This document shows positions 12,605-25,120 of a stretch of 62,520 nt of DNA, piece by piece; positions within the stretch are counted from its first letter, which is position 1, and each line of letters begins with the position of its first letter. A program made the position numbers and the translations under genes. This DNA is from Moniliella sp. 'wahieum' (taxonomy: Eukaryota): positions 558,001 to 620,520 of the forward strand of contig RSEE01000039.1 in NCBI GenBank assembly GCA_003971905.1, written 5' to 3'. The notes beneath the pieces were generated by a model. The model was not told where the DNA came from and searched no databases. It worked only from the letters and a program-made list of their open reading frames with translations.

Positions 12605-15209
12605 GGTGGAAATGGGGAGGAAGTGGTAGCGGGAAGAGGATAGCAACAGCTGTACTAGGGTGGGAGAGGAGAGAGGAGTGGGAGCGGGGAGGTGAGGGGA
12701 GGCAGAGGCCTGGATAAATGCGCGCAATGGACCCGATGTATATATACCGTGCCGGACGATGGGGTCTTTGGGGCGCTCCTCTGCCCATGCGTGGTAGGAT
12801 CCATAGTATCCATATACCCATAGTACCCAACATAGCGTGTGGCTAGGATGACCGCCAACTCCTCTTCATCCTTTGGTCAGAATGGGAGCATGGACAAGCG
12901 CTGCATCTGAATCACGCATCAAGGTTTTGACGCAATGATTAATGACAGCGGGCATAGCGGTCTTAGATCTTAGATCTTAATCGAGGAGCTGTCGTTCTAT
13001 ATTGATGCAGCCACCACAAACCACACTGGACCTATGGACCGTGCCAGGCTCTGGGTTCGGAGGCCAGTGTACGCTCGTGGAAGGCCCCGGACGCACTGCC
13101 CCGATGCACTGTCTGTGTGTCGGACCACGGGTCACTAGCCACTGAGGGCCGCGATGGGTTGGGTTACACCGAAGGCCGATGGGCTCTGGACCACTGATGG
13201 TCAATAACAGCATCTGTGGAGGGGTATATAGCCTAAGCCAAACGACGGCCGCGATAGCCACCTCGATGCGATTTGACAGTCGCAGCTTCAAATGGGATGA
13301 ACGTGGGCGGAGGGCACCACGGAGGGGGACACCCAGCGCATGATGCGGTGGTGCTGATGCATTTTGGTGGATGTCGATGCAACCTCAAGCTTAAAGCTTA
13401 AAGCTTAAGCTTGGGAAGGATAGCGTTAGGCCTGATGCACTGCATATGGGATGATCCTGGCTGTCGGCTACACCGGCCTCGATCTTCTGGAAAACGGAAG
13501 AGCAAAGCGGCGCGGCGACGGCCCCTGGCCTGTTGTGGGACAGCGGCAGCCATTTGATGTGCCTAATCATATTTTGGGGCTACAGCGGCCGCTGTGGTTG
13601 CTGGGTGAACGTGGAACGTTGAATCATGAAGCTTCAGCTTCAAGCGCCAATATAATGTCAAACGTTGAACGTTGCGCTGACGAGGCTTGTCTCTGCCCCT
13701 GTGGCGGTGGTGGTCGGGTGTGGGCTTCTGGTTTGGTCTGCTGTGGGCGGGCGTGGTGCGTGCGTGCGGCGGGCGGCGGAGCGAGTGAGACGCAAGCGTT
13801 TGCTCGGTTACGTGCCTGCGGGTGCCTGCTGGTGCCTGCGGTGTCCGTCGGGTCACTGGTCACCCCGTCACACGTCACACGTCACACGTCGCGTGTCATT
13901 GATGAGCATGCCACATGTCACATGGCACGGGTCCCTATAGGCGCAACAGGCTTGGAAGCTGCACAATCCTTCGCACCGCACGAGCAGCACCATGCGCCCC
14001 AGTGGAACATGAAGCAACCAGCCAGTCTGCATTACGCGTTACGCGGCATCGCAATCACAAAAAAGCTACATCGTGTGGGTGGGTAGTCTGCTGAAGCTCT
14101 GAAGTATGCACCCGATGGGCCCTACCCTTCTATAGCCTCCTGTCCTCTCCTCAGAACCACATCCCCATTCCACTCCTCCTTCAGCAATGTGTACTACGCA
14201 ACGCGTAACAGACGCCAAGTCGAGCTGGTGACATGAACTGTGACTGTCGTAGGTGCTCGACCTCAGGAAATAGTTAAACGTTAAACGTTAAACGACAATT
14301 GCCCAGCCTCGGAGTCCTCAGCCTCAGGGCCTCATCGAACATCGATCATTTTATCTCCCGACTCGGATCTCAGGGTCAGCGCTGCTCAGATTCTGAGATC
14401 TCAGCCTCAGCCGCTGTGCGGCGCCATGCAGGGTTCCTGGGCTCGATCCATACTCAGTCCGATCATCCATCAGTAACTCAGTACTCAGACTGAGTACTGA
14501 GTTTCAGTACGAGTATATATGGCACTGCCTTGATATTCACAAGTCACTGCTTGCATGTGTAACTTGAAGCTTGAAGCTCTCCTTGCCACCACTTCCGGGT
14601 CCACACTCTGATCGAACAGTACTACTATACTACTGCAGTTCAACCTCAGTTTAACGTTGAACGTCGTTGAACTGAGAGGCTTGAGGGTACTGAATCTCAG
14701 TACTGAGTCTCAGTACTGACCCCCCGATGCTCTGCCGCACTCTCGCACACTCTCGCTCCATCCCCTTGCATACCCCTTCTCACCACAGTATAACCGGGAG
14801 AACCCGTAACGAGCGTAATCGATGATCACTAACCCGCTAACCACCCTCAAACTCCGATGAGAGATAATGATCCTGGTGACCCAGCGACGTCCTAATGCAG
14901 TTATGCAATGGCCGAGAGAAGACAGGAGCTGGTTGAACGTTGAACCCAGACTGAGGATCAGAAGAAGAAGGAGAAGAAGGAGAAGAAAGGAGAGCGGCAC
15001 TAGGCCAGGGGATAGGGATACTGGTGTGGTGCCCGGATGAGTAAGATGGTCAGGAGTGCCGCGGAGGTGGCTGGCCCATAGGACCTGGTCAACAAGAGAT
15101 TACCCGTTGTAGTAACCGGTGGTGATTATGATTATCCACAGATTATCGATCGTCCAGATCATCACTCACCCACCGCAACCCGGTCACCTCACACCTGTCA
15201 ACATATGCC

Positions 15210-15260
15210 AACGTTGTCAGCGTTCAACGACGTTCAACGTTCAACGTTCAACGTTCAACT
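15210..15260. repeat. (TCAACGT)n heptamer array
   Basis: cgttcaacgttcaacgttcaacgttcaac; one member of the window-wide T-N-A+N4 family. Confidence 0.9.
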
Positions 15261-17697
15261 CCTGTGGATCCGTACTAATCTATGCTATGTCCATCCGGGC
15301 CAACCTACCCACTCGGTGGACTCCGTGCCGAGAATGGCCGCGATGATCGAATCAGACACGTCGCCTGAGATTTGAGATCGAGGGGATCGATGAGATAGCG
15401 CGCCCTGAGCCCAGACATTGAGCAAACGTTTGAAAAGCTCGTGTCGAAGCTTGAGCTTCAGAGCTTCAGGCCGGGCTCAAACTTCAAGCTTCAAGCTTCA
15501 GGCCGGTTGATAGCTTGATTAACCTTATTAGTCACTTCCTTCTTCCCACGCACAAAACATGCTCCCCGCATCCCCCCGTTTCGAAAATATCGGGCTGAAG
15601 AGCTCACCGCGTCGCATACTATAACGTAGTTTGACCCTCCTCTGTCTTCTCATGATGTGTGATGCATGATGCATGTTTTGTATGTGCAGATAAACATGAT
15701 GATACGGAGAACATGCGATAGGTGACCGACGGCACTGTGCATCAAATCCACAACAAATGGACATGATGCATGATTCTTCGGTATTCTGTTGTTAATGTGA
15801 AGAGTGTAGCAAAATGATTACGAGGTGCATCTTCTCTATAACTCAGTACTCAGAATGGCCTCAGTAAGCTTCAAAAGCTTCAAGCTTTATGAACCTGAAG
15901 ACTGATTCTGGCAGTTTTTGCAATGAAGCTTAAATAGCCCGCTGCTTTCACTATTCAACCTGATACTCTGTTCTCACAAGAGGGTTGCTACAGGTTGATA
16001 CAATTATAATGAAGCACATCTTACAGGTCTTACATCGGTGGGTCCTTCCGTCCCAGCTATGGGGATCGCGTCGCACCAGTATCTTGTTGCCACGGTGACC
16101 GGTGACTGCTTCACCCGTGCGTACCCGCGTAAGACAACGACTAGTAGCCTTCTCCTGTAGCCCTTGTCCTGCTTCCTACCCCAACGCGTATCTCTCGCGC
16201 GCATCGATCGCCTACGCTACTGTCCTAACCATTTCACATCCATCGCGGTTTCTATAGCCGCGGGTGTACCAGGACGTCGCTACAACCTCCATACGAAGCC
16301 TGAAAGCGACTGCACTCTTTATTCTCACACACGGGGAGTGATAATCTACCGCTCACCGGTCACGGATCACAGGCCTCGCTGCGCGGTCACACTGGCCACA
16401 TACATAGTAGTCTGTAGCGACAGTCTCACTTTTGTCTTCTTCCTCTATCGTCGAGATGATCTATACTCGATCATCGCTTCACTAGACTGGCCCTCTGTGA
16501 CATGTGAAGTGCCTGCGCCGTGCTCTATGCTCCTGTGTTCGCTTCTCTACTCTCCTGTCTTCTCTCTCCACGACCGATTTCGCTTTTTCTACTCATCGAC
16601 CATCTTCGATATACCCTTCGCCAATTCACCTCCGTGCTAATGGCCCACCCCCCTCTCGTCAGAGCCTATGCGCTTATGGTCCGTCCCCTCTCGTCAGATC
16701 TCAGACGGGTGGTCATCTGATTGTTGCCAGTCGGGCACGGCCAAAAACGCATGCACGCCTATCACTCCTATCTGTAATGGTCCCCTACACTTGGCTACTC
16801 TACGTTTCATACTCATGACGGTCAAAGTTTTAGCCCACGCGGGCAGGACGCCGTTCTAAGGAATCTGTAAAGGAGAGCTCTTCGGGTTGCTGCTGGGATA
16901 ATAAATGGCGGGTTTTGGCCGTTTGTTTTACCACTTGACCTGCCTGACATGATATCACACATCTCATGACCGCAACATTAGCTTTTGTCGGTCTGAACAT
17001 TTGGTTTCTATTTGTGCTGCTGTGGTCCTTTACGTACCGCTAGAGTGAGAATTGGGATCTTGAGAGCACTTGGGGATCCTATACGGAGGGATCGAATCAG
17101 CTACACAGCAGTTTTGGTCAGACGAATAATAAGCGTAAAGGCAATTAGTCGTGAACCACAAGTCATCAAGCAACATATGAACGCTCTGAAAAAGGACGAA
17201 GATAGAAGAAGAAGAAAGATAGAGATAGGGGAGATGGAACGAGCAGGGACGCGCAGCCACTGTGAGCAGAATTCGTCCGCCCCAACATAATCGTCCCCGA
17301 TCCACTTGAGCTTCAGGCCTCAAGCTTCAAGGCCGTCCAGAGTTCAGATCTTAGATGAAACTGCCCTAACACTGCCCTCTTTCACATATACATATGCTTC
17401 GCAATGTCAGACTCACCCCGTTCTGGGAGGGTAGGCCCTCTAGGCCTGTTTGGGCACCATGACGTGATTCTCATCAGTTGGGGGGATCCCGTGTCCACCC
17501 TCATCGATTGTGTCCCTGATTACACAGGCATCCTGTTGGGACTGTGTGGACTAACCTCATACTGCTTTTTGTTACACCATAGCCCCTTGTGAAAATGGCA
17601 CAATGCAATGTATCGTCCTTCGCATTGACAGAAGATGCACAGTAATGAATGAATATAGTTGTCATCCGTATCGCGCCCAAGACAGGGGGAGGCTCCT

Positions 17698-18340
17698 GTA
17701 ACAGTCGGGGCTAGACGAGGGAGACCACAAGGGCTTGTCAGAGACGGGTGAAATGACAAGATCGTTCGTGAGATCGACGTGAGAGGAAACAAAAGGCTTT
17801 GGACAGGTATCAGAAGCAAAAGGGAAAGGGAAGAGCGAGATACACGGGATGCAGAATTGGAAATTGGACAGAGCTTATAGCGCTTATATAGTCAATCGGC
17901 GACAGACGCCCCGCCGGATCATAAAAAAACTACAGGTATATCGTCTCCTTAGGGGAAGCAGGGCTGGATTGGGTCATCCACAGTGGATTCGGTGGACGGA
18001 ATTGCCGAAGGAGGAGAATGGAGGAGTGGTTCTGAGGAAAGGTACAAGAGGCTATGAGAAGGGTAGAGTCATAGTCGGGGCTAAGGCGAGGCAGAGACCA
18101 GAGTCGGGACTAGGTCAAGGGATGTAGCAATAATGTTCGAGGAGAAGAAGCAAGAGCAGAGGACATGGAGCGAAGGAAGAAACAGGGAAATAGCGAGACG
18201 CTCGGGATGAAGAAATTGGAAATGGGCGCGAGATCAGCCCAACGATGACACAGAGAGGCCTGACCTGTGCTCGCGACTCCACGGCTGGTTTCCTATTAAA
18301 TGGTTTGGGACGAACCAGCCGCCTACGCCGGATAAACCAG
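17698..18340. repeat. Diverged tandem duplication, period ~360-415 bp
   Basis: Collinear matches: AGTCGGGGCTA at 17703/18073, AGCGAGA..CGGGATG..AATTGGAAAT at 17834/18192, CGCCGGAT at ~17912/~18326. Confidence 0.7.
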
Positions 18341-18424
18341 TCAATCAAGCGAAACGCCACTTTGCCCTAGCCATAGAGGCTCTGTATAAACTACTAGAGG
18401 GCCACCGGGCCTAAGGGGTCAGGG

Positions 18425-18490
18425 CTTGGTGCTTGGTGCTTGGTGCTGGTGCTTGTGGCTTGGTGCTTGGTGCTTGGTGATTGGTGCTTT
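18425..18490. repeat. (GCTTGGT)n imperfect heptamer array
   Basis: Read directly, about 8 units. Confidence 0.85.
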
Positions 18491-21400
18491 GCTGCCACCG
18501 TAGCCTGTTCCCCCGTCGCCACCGCAGCCGCCGGTCCACCGTTCCACGCTGGAGGGAATTTATCACCCATGTGCGCGAGTGACCTCCTTCTTACGCCCGC
18601 CGCTTACGTCAGAACATTGACAACGCGCACGGCCGCTTTATTCAACAGGGATAGAAATGACTTGTTTCGTCCCCTCATAGGTGGTTCCAGCATGTGTAAG
18701 AGGAAAACGTCGATCTGTAAGAAGATCGTCGCAAAAGCCCTCCCCCCTCCGCCGGAAAGCACCTATGGTTTATTGGTTCCGCACTAATGAGTTGAAGAGA
18801 CCCGTGGCGTGCAGAGAAAAGCATCATTGTTGGCCCTAAGCGTAACGTGACACTCGTACGAGAAAAAGATGAAAATTGTCACACGGCATACACCAATATG
18901 TATGGGCTCCACGCAAGCCACTGTGATTTTTCTTCGCCCTGCTTATATATTTGGCTTCCAAACATCTCTGCCTTCGCCTTCGTGTTCTTGGGCTTTAACG
19001 TGCTCAATTATCAATCATCAATCTCTCGTGTCCCAAATATATCTTCGCTATCTTTTCACCGTTCTGAACATGACCATTCTATTACTCGCCGATCCGCTCT
19101 TTTCTCGCCCTCACGGATCGTTTCGGAGCCCTCTCTGTCGGTATTGCTCATCCTTTGGTAGGTCCGAGAGAAAACCACCTCTGCTTCTCCATTGAGTGTA
19201 TATGTGAGGCCCGGGTGCACTTCCTGCTACTCAAAATCCCATACGTTGTTTTTGCCGACCTGCTATTACTGAAATCCGTTCCTTCTGTCTCACGGTTTCA
19301 CACGTATTGGCCATCGATTGGAACGGTCGGAGGTGACTTGTTACTGCCTTGTTCGACACTTCCCGCGATATGGCCATCTTCGAAGGAAATCCTACTCAAT
19401 CTGTTATGTGTTGTGCTATATTTATTCCTATATCGTTCCCCAAAACGTATATAGTAGAGAAGCAAGATGAACGGTTCGGTTTAGACGTAGCGTTTCCCCT
19501 GTCCCAGCCTTAAGCTCTGTCAATCATATTCCGCAGGGTAGAGAACGACAAAGAAACTCCGCTTCCACCGCTACAGATCCTACCATGGCAATCAAGACGC
19601 CATCAGTGGAGTCGAGAAGTTTAGGATCCTGTGACTTCTTCGCAATTTGCTTGCTAACTCCGTTTACAGCATGCACATTTACACAATTGCAGTGTATGGT
19701 GGGCATTAATAGGCATCTTCTGAAGGAAGTGTGGTGTGATTTGATTTCGCTTACCATGGAAACTGGCTGCTGGGGGACAGCGACTCGACTCGCTTTGGGG
19801 TTGGATGCGGCTGGTGCGCCCCATTTGATCGTTCCCCTCCGTCCTTTTCTCCCTATTTTGCACTCATTGGCGTCAGTTGCGTACAAGAAGCTCTCACTCT
19901 TTCCGTCCTGCTGCACAGTGCAAAACCATGTTAATCATCCGTACCTTGGAAAATAATCGTTATTCTCTCATTGAACGGACAAGCGCGTCCAGCGCTCTCA
20001 TTTCCCGTTCACGTAGCGACCGCCTCCGAATCGCCGTTGCCCATCGACTGCTCAGTAAAATGCCTTGCTCTATACTCCCCACTCTTTAGATATATGACGT
20101 GATATCGTGATATCGCCTGGAGAGAAAGCCAAATGGATTGCTACTTCTCATGACATACGTGATGCCATTGAATGGCTCGTTGTTAATACGTGCTGCTACG
20201 ATTCTGTCTGTAGTAGTATATAACCCTCTTTTTGCATCATTGACGTGTGGGTGTATTGTGTACAAAAAAGGCTTGACTACCAAGAGGATTGACGCGGGAA
20301 CGGAGATAAGGAATGACTCCTATAGTGGCCTCCCCACAATGGACAGAGGTTGTGTTGAGCGTTGAGTGCCATGGGTGAATCATGTATTTTTGGCCAACGT
20401 CCCATCAGTTTCTCTCCGCAGGCCTAGGAGTTCCGTTGTTTTCTCCCTCCTCTGTTTATTTGTTCCGCATGCAGCTGAGCCCCTCTGGTGACTACTAGCT
20501 GCTTGAAGCTTAATGTTCCTCAGTAGGCGTTGCTGGTTGGCTTAGAGATCCCCAGCCCCCACCATCAGTGCGATTGCATCACCCCCGAGGAATCAGCACT
20601 CCAGGCCTCGTCGCAGGTTGTTTTGCTGCGGACGACGCGGCGAAGAGGGCGGACAAGCGGCGACGATGCCGCCAGGCCCGAACAAATGAAAAAGCCGCGG
20701 AGAGGATTGCGTGGGGTTGCTACGCTTTGCTACCTTCCAAGTAGTCGCTATAGTCACCAGCCACCTGACTCGTATAGTCACTATCGTGACTACGGCGATG
20801 CTAGTGATCGACGGTGTTGTACTGAAGGAGGGTCCAGGAGGCGATCTCAGATCTCGGGCCGAGCAAGGCGGGCATCCTCGGCCGAAAAAGCTAAAGCCGC
20901 GGCCGAGAGGATTGTTGAGATGTTCGGGCGCTCGGGCGCTCAGGCGTGTGTCGGTCTTCCGCCGTCTGGGCCACCAGCAGGGGCCACGCATGCCGCACGT
21001 CGGCCGGGATCCCGACAACCAGGCACGCATTCGAGGCTGCCCTCTTCTGGCAATGGGGCATGTGTGTGGGATGCGACGTGCGACATGCTCGCAGGGGCCA
21101 GTGAGCCACCAGCGACAAAATGATTCGACCGGTGGGTGGCTCGCTGAGCGCTCCAGAGCCTACACCCTGACACGTGACATGCTGGTGCTTATTGCTTGTC
21201 CAACATGCCAGCCACCGTTAAACGTTAAATTAAAACGCCACGTGTGACATCACACGGCGCTAACCCCATCGTGCCTCAGCGCTCAGCCACAGCAGTGCCA
21301 CAGCAGCCACCGCGGGGGCCCAGGTACCCCCTGCGCGCAAGCACCGGCCACCCCCCACCCATTATGGATCAGATCTAGAACGTACCGCAGTATTTATACC

Positions 21401-21516
21401 CCCCCCCCCGGGACCAGCCTCAACCACCCCCCCTTTTCCTCTTTGCGTCACCACCACTCTCCACCACACTCTTCCCGTCCTCCTTTTTCCCCCCCAACAT
21501 CGATACCAAACCCACA

Positions 21517-22240
21517 ATGAAGACCTCTACCTTCTCTTTCGCCATCGCAGCCGCCGGAGCGGCGTCGTGTCGGCGGCGCCCATGCCCGCCGTTAAGCGGG
21601 AGGGAACAACCGACACGTGGGGCCCTGCAGGCTTGCTGCTGAGCGATGCGAGTGGCAGCATAACCACACAGTCTCCTTCAACGGCTTCCGCGACTCGCTT
21701 GGGTACCAAGTTCTTTCCCAGCAGGGTGCTGATGGTGCGCCTGCCCGCGCCGAGCAATTTTACTCCATGCGTCCAACATTATGACCTTTGCCGGGGTATC
21801 TCTCAGTGCGGACGGATACTTTGAGAGCTCCGATCATCCCGGCCGGTGCATTCGTGCTCGTACGTTTGACGGCAGCGGTTCGACCACCCACTTTGATGCC
21901 GCCACCTTGTGCTCAGAGTGGTGACGCCGACTACAATGCCCAGTTTTTCTTCCTTCAAGGGCAGAGTGGCGCGCCTGGCGCCTCCAACCCCGGCTCGGCT
22001 TACTTCCTTAACAACCTTATTTTCACTGGCGACCCCAGTACCGAATCTGTGGGACCGACTCGTACCACTACCAACTCAGCAACTCGGGTATGTCCGCTTC
22101 CTCCCTCATCCTCTTTCGTGTAACAGACATCCCCCGGACAATACCTGACACACTGGGCAGGACATGAGACGGTCGAAGCGGGCTACAATGTCCCCTCTAG
22201 CAATTCGACCCTGTACTTTGACTACATCATTCATGCCTGA
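21517..22240 (+). CDS. Small secreted Cys-containing protein (effector-like), frameshifted
   Basis: TATTTATA at ~21390, a pyrimidine-rich leader and ACAATG context. Signal peptide MKTSTFSFAIAAAGAA, then SAAPMPAVKR (Kex2-like KR), GRCIRARTFDG...CAQSGDADYNAQFFFLQ. Likely GTATGT intron at ~22088; ends LYFDYIIHA*. Confidence 0.6.
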
Positions 22241-24458
22241 GGCCTGAACTGTGATCATGTATTGATCGTCCCCGTTTGATCCTTTCTTTTCTTTTCCCCA
22301 CACTCTTCTTTTCCCGCCGACGATCTGAGAAAATCGATTGTAATGTATTCTTGGTACGGACTCTCCACTGTCAAAACCGCGGTAACACCGCCGTTAAGGT
22401 TTGCCTCTCTGGCTGGATGGCTAATGGTATTTTATACAACTCTTTTCCTCATTGTGGGTTTGTCCGTCTGATAATAACAAGACCCCCGCTCCAACGTAAT
22501 GTGTTCGCCGGCTACTAGTAGATTTAGTGGGTTGAATGTTGACCTCGACTGCTTACGCGCACATGCAGCTTGATGAGGACTGGAGTCCGGATGGTCCTCG
22601 AGGGTGATGCAATCGCACGAGTGATGGTGGTGCCAGTGGTCTAAGGCCACCACCAACACATACAGATGGGCACCCAGAAGCCAGTCGTAAGTAGCCACCG
22701 GGCCTGGTTGTGGAACAAGGCAAAGAGATGCGAGAACAACGGTGCTCCTCGGCCTCAGGAGGGCTGAAGGGACCTTCGGCAAACACACGAGCCACCCGTT
22801 GGCTCATCCGCAACACAATGGAGATATGTCTGCGGAATCCCAAAGTAGGTAAAAGGTCCGCACGACTATGGCATTGAGAAAAATGCCACGGTCCTCCCGT
22901 ATAGGTGTTAGTCTGACAATCCTTCTTCCATTATTCCCTTCTTGGCCATGGTTACTCCACCAACGAGCTCTTTGTCTCCTTGAGTCCTTGACCAACTTTG
23001 CTCGTCTGTCCCGACCCTTACAAGACGCTTCCATTATAGCGATGCGACCACCGGGGCACCCCGATGGTGGATCGACACTTTGGCCGTGTTTTCATACTCG
23101 CAGTAGGGTATGCTGTGATTAAGTTGGGATATGCATGTGAGCTCGGAAAGGGTAGTGCTAGGGTTCCAGGCCACGGCGCTGAAGTAAGGGCGAGGGAGGT
23201 GCTCTGGGCTGCTGAGCTCAGCCTTCGGGGCCAGGCGGCCCCGTGCCCAGCAGTCCTCCCGCAGCTGCTGGCCGAAAAGGATTGCGTGGCACTGGAGGCG
23301 GCACAGTGCCAGAAGACCGGTTCCGCTTCCGCGGGACGCGGTTGCGGGGGCCGGGAATCGGCAACCGGGAACCGGCACGCAAGGAAATGGGACGCGCACA
23401 AGCAGGTGGCAGGTGCAGGTGCAGGCCGATGCGCGCGTCTGGCGTAGCAGTAGCGCCGTGCGCGGGTGCGAGTGCGATCGGCGTCTCAGATGCGTGCGGC
23501 AGATGGTCTCGATCGATGATCTTCAATTTCAGTTCGCCCAGCCAGCAGGAGCAGGAGCAGCCAGGCGCGCCACAGCTGCTGAGCTCAGCCTGAGCGCTCC
23601 TCACCCATCATGCATCATGCATGCACCATGCATCCTGGCTGGCACCGCAGGGCATCTTTGGCACGGCGGCCCCGCCGACGCAGGCGCCCGAGGCGTCGGA
23701 TTCCATATTGATAGTGGGCTGGACGCACCCACTGCGGGGACGAGGCGGGAGCAGGCTGGGACAGGCTACGACGCGGCGGGCGGGGCGAGAGAGGCGGAGG
23801 GCGGCTGCGCAGGCAAGCACAGCGGCGGTGGGTTCGGTATCCATTTGGCTGCCACGCGTGGCTGGTGCGGTGGGCCAGGCGGTGGCTCGGGGGGTGCTGC
23901 GCTGGGCGGCGCTGCTGCGTTGCCCCGCCCGCCACGCCACATTGTTTGCTTGCGAATCCAAGCACTGCTTACCTAACCAAACAGACTGCCGAAAAAAACG
24001 ACGGACAAAGAAGCGCCCGCACGGCGCCAGTGGGCGGCCCCAGCCACCGCAGTGCCACCGCCGCTGCCTCGCCACCTGCCGCTTGCCGCTTGGACGTTGA
24101 ACGTTCAACCTGAGCTCGACGCTCACGCGTGCAGCGTGCAGGCCCGCCGCCACGCGTGATGCATGGCTGCATGACGCGTGACGCCCACGCGTGACGCTGG
24201 CCGCTGCAGAGCTTGAGACTGCTCGGGTGGGGTGGGGGGGGTGCAGCCTGGTGCAGTGCGGTGCAGTGCCCGCTGGGCGCGGCTCTGCTGCTGCCGCTGC
24301 CGGCCCGCACACCCCCCACCGCCCGCTGAGGCAGCCAGCCTTCCTGCCCGCTCCATCCCTCCCATCGCCTCTCGCCTCTTTTGCGCCTCCCCCCCCATTC
24401 CTCGTCGCCATCCCCCCCCCTCGTCCTCTCCGCTGCGCGGTGCCGTTGAGCCGACAAC

Positions 24459-25120
24459 ATGGGCCGTTGGTTCGAACACGTCGACACCCCCCCGACCAGG
24501 GTCTGCGCACCATCTCTCCCGCCGAGGTTGCCCGCCATGCGCGCGTGAGCGATTGCTGGGTGATCTACCAGGGCCATGTGTACGACCTCAGCGAGTTCCT
24601 CCTCGACCATCCCGGCGGCGAAGACCTCATCCTCCAGTTTGCCGGCCACGACGTGGGCGACGTGATGGACGACCCAGTGCAGCATGCCCATTCCAACTCG
24701 GCATACCTCTTGCTCGAGGAGTATTTGATCGGCAAGGTGCCCGCCGACTATGTCGCCACCCCGCATGCGCCTGTCCCACCCCCCGTTGCGCCCATTGCCG
24801 GCCGTGCCGCAGGCGCTATTTTTGCCCAAGGCAACGCAGCTGCGCCTACACCCTCCTCGACCGTGCCCTCGGCCGGAGCGGTTTCTGCCTCCACCTCCTC
24901 CATCTCTGCCGCCCTTTCGCCCGACGACCTTCTCGCCCTCCCCCCCGTCATGTCCCGCAACCCACTTGCTCCCCCTGTTCCCACCTCCCAGCCCAGTGCC
25001 TCGACATCCGAGGCTCCGCGCATGCAGCGCATGTCTTCCACTTCCTTCCCCTCCTTTGGCAACAAGGACGGCAAAGAGTCCTCGGGGTTAAACTTTTTGA
25101 AGTTTTATCGGAGGAGATGA
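24459..25120 (+). CDS. Cytochrome b5-domain protein (Scs7-type b5 domain plus Pro/Ser/Ala tail)
   Basis: ISPAEVARH...DCWVIYQGHVYDLSEFLLDHPGGEDLILQFAGHDVGDVMDDPVQHAHSNSAYLLLEEYLIG with both heme-ligand His (HPGG, HS). Using the ATG at 24459 needs one indel in the C-run at ~24487-24493. Confidence 0.85.

Noticed and set aside
20530..21250. Overlapping 150-200-aa ORFs and a TAGTCAC/GTGACTA hairpin
   Set aside because: Typical chance ORFs of GC-rich DNA, with no domain motifs; the hairpin is isolated.
22430..23200. Minus-strand frames with HWHHHHSCDC and an intron-like GTAAGC..TAG
   Set aside because: Fragmentary, with no recognisable family.
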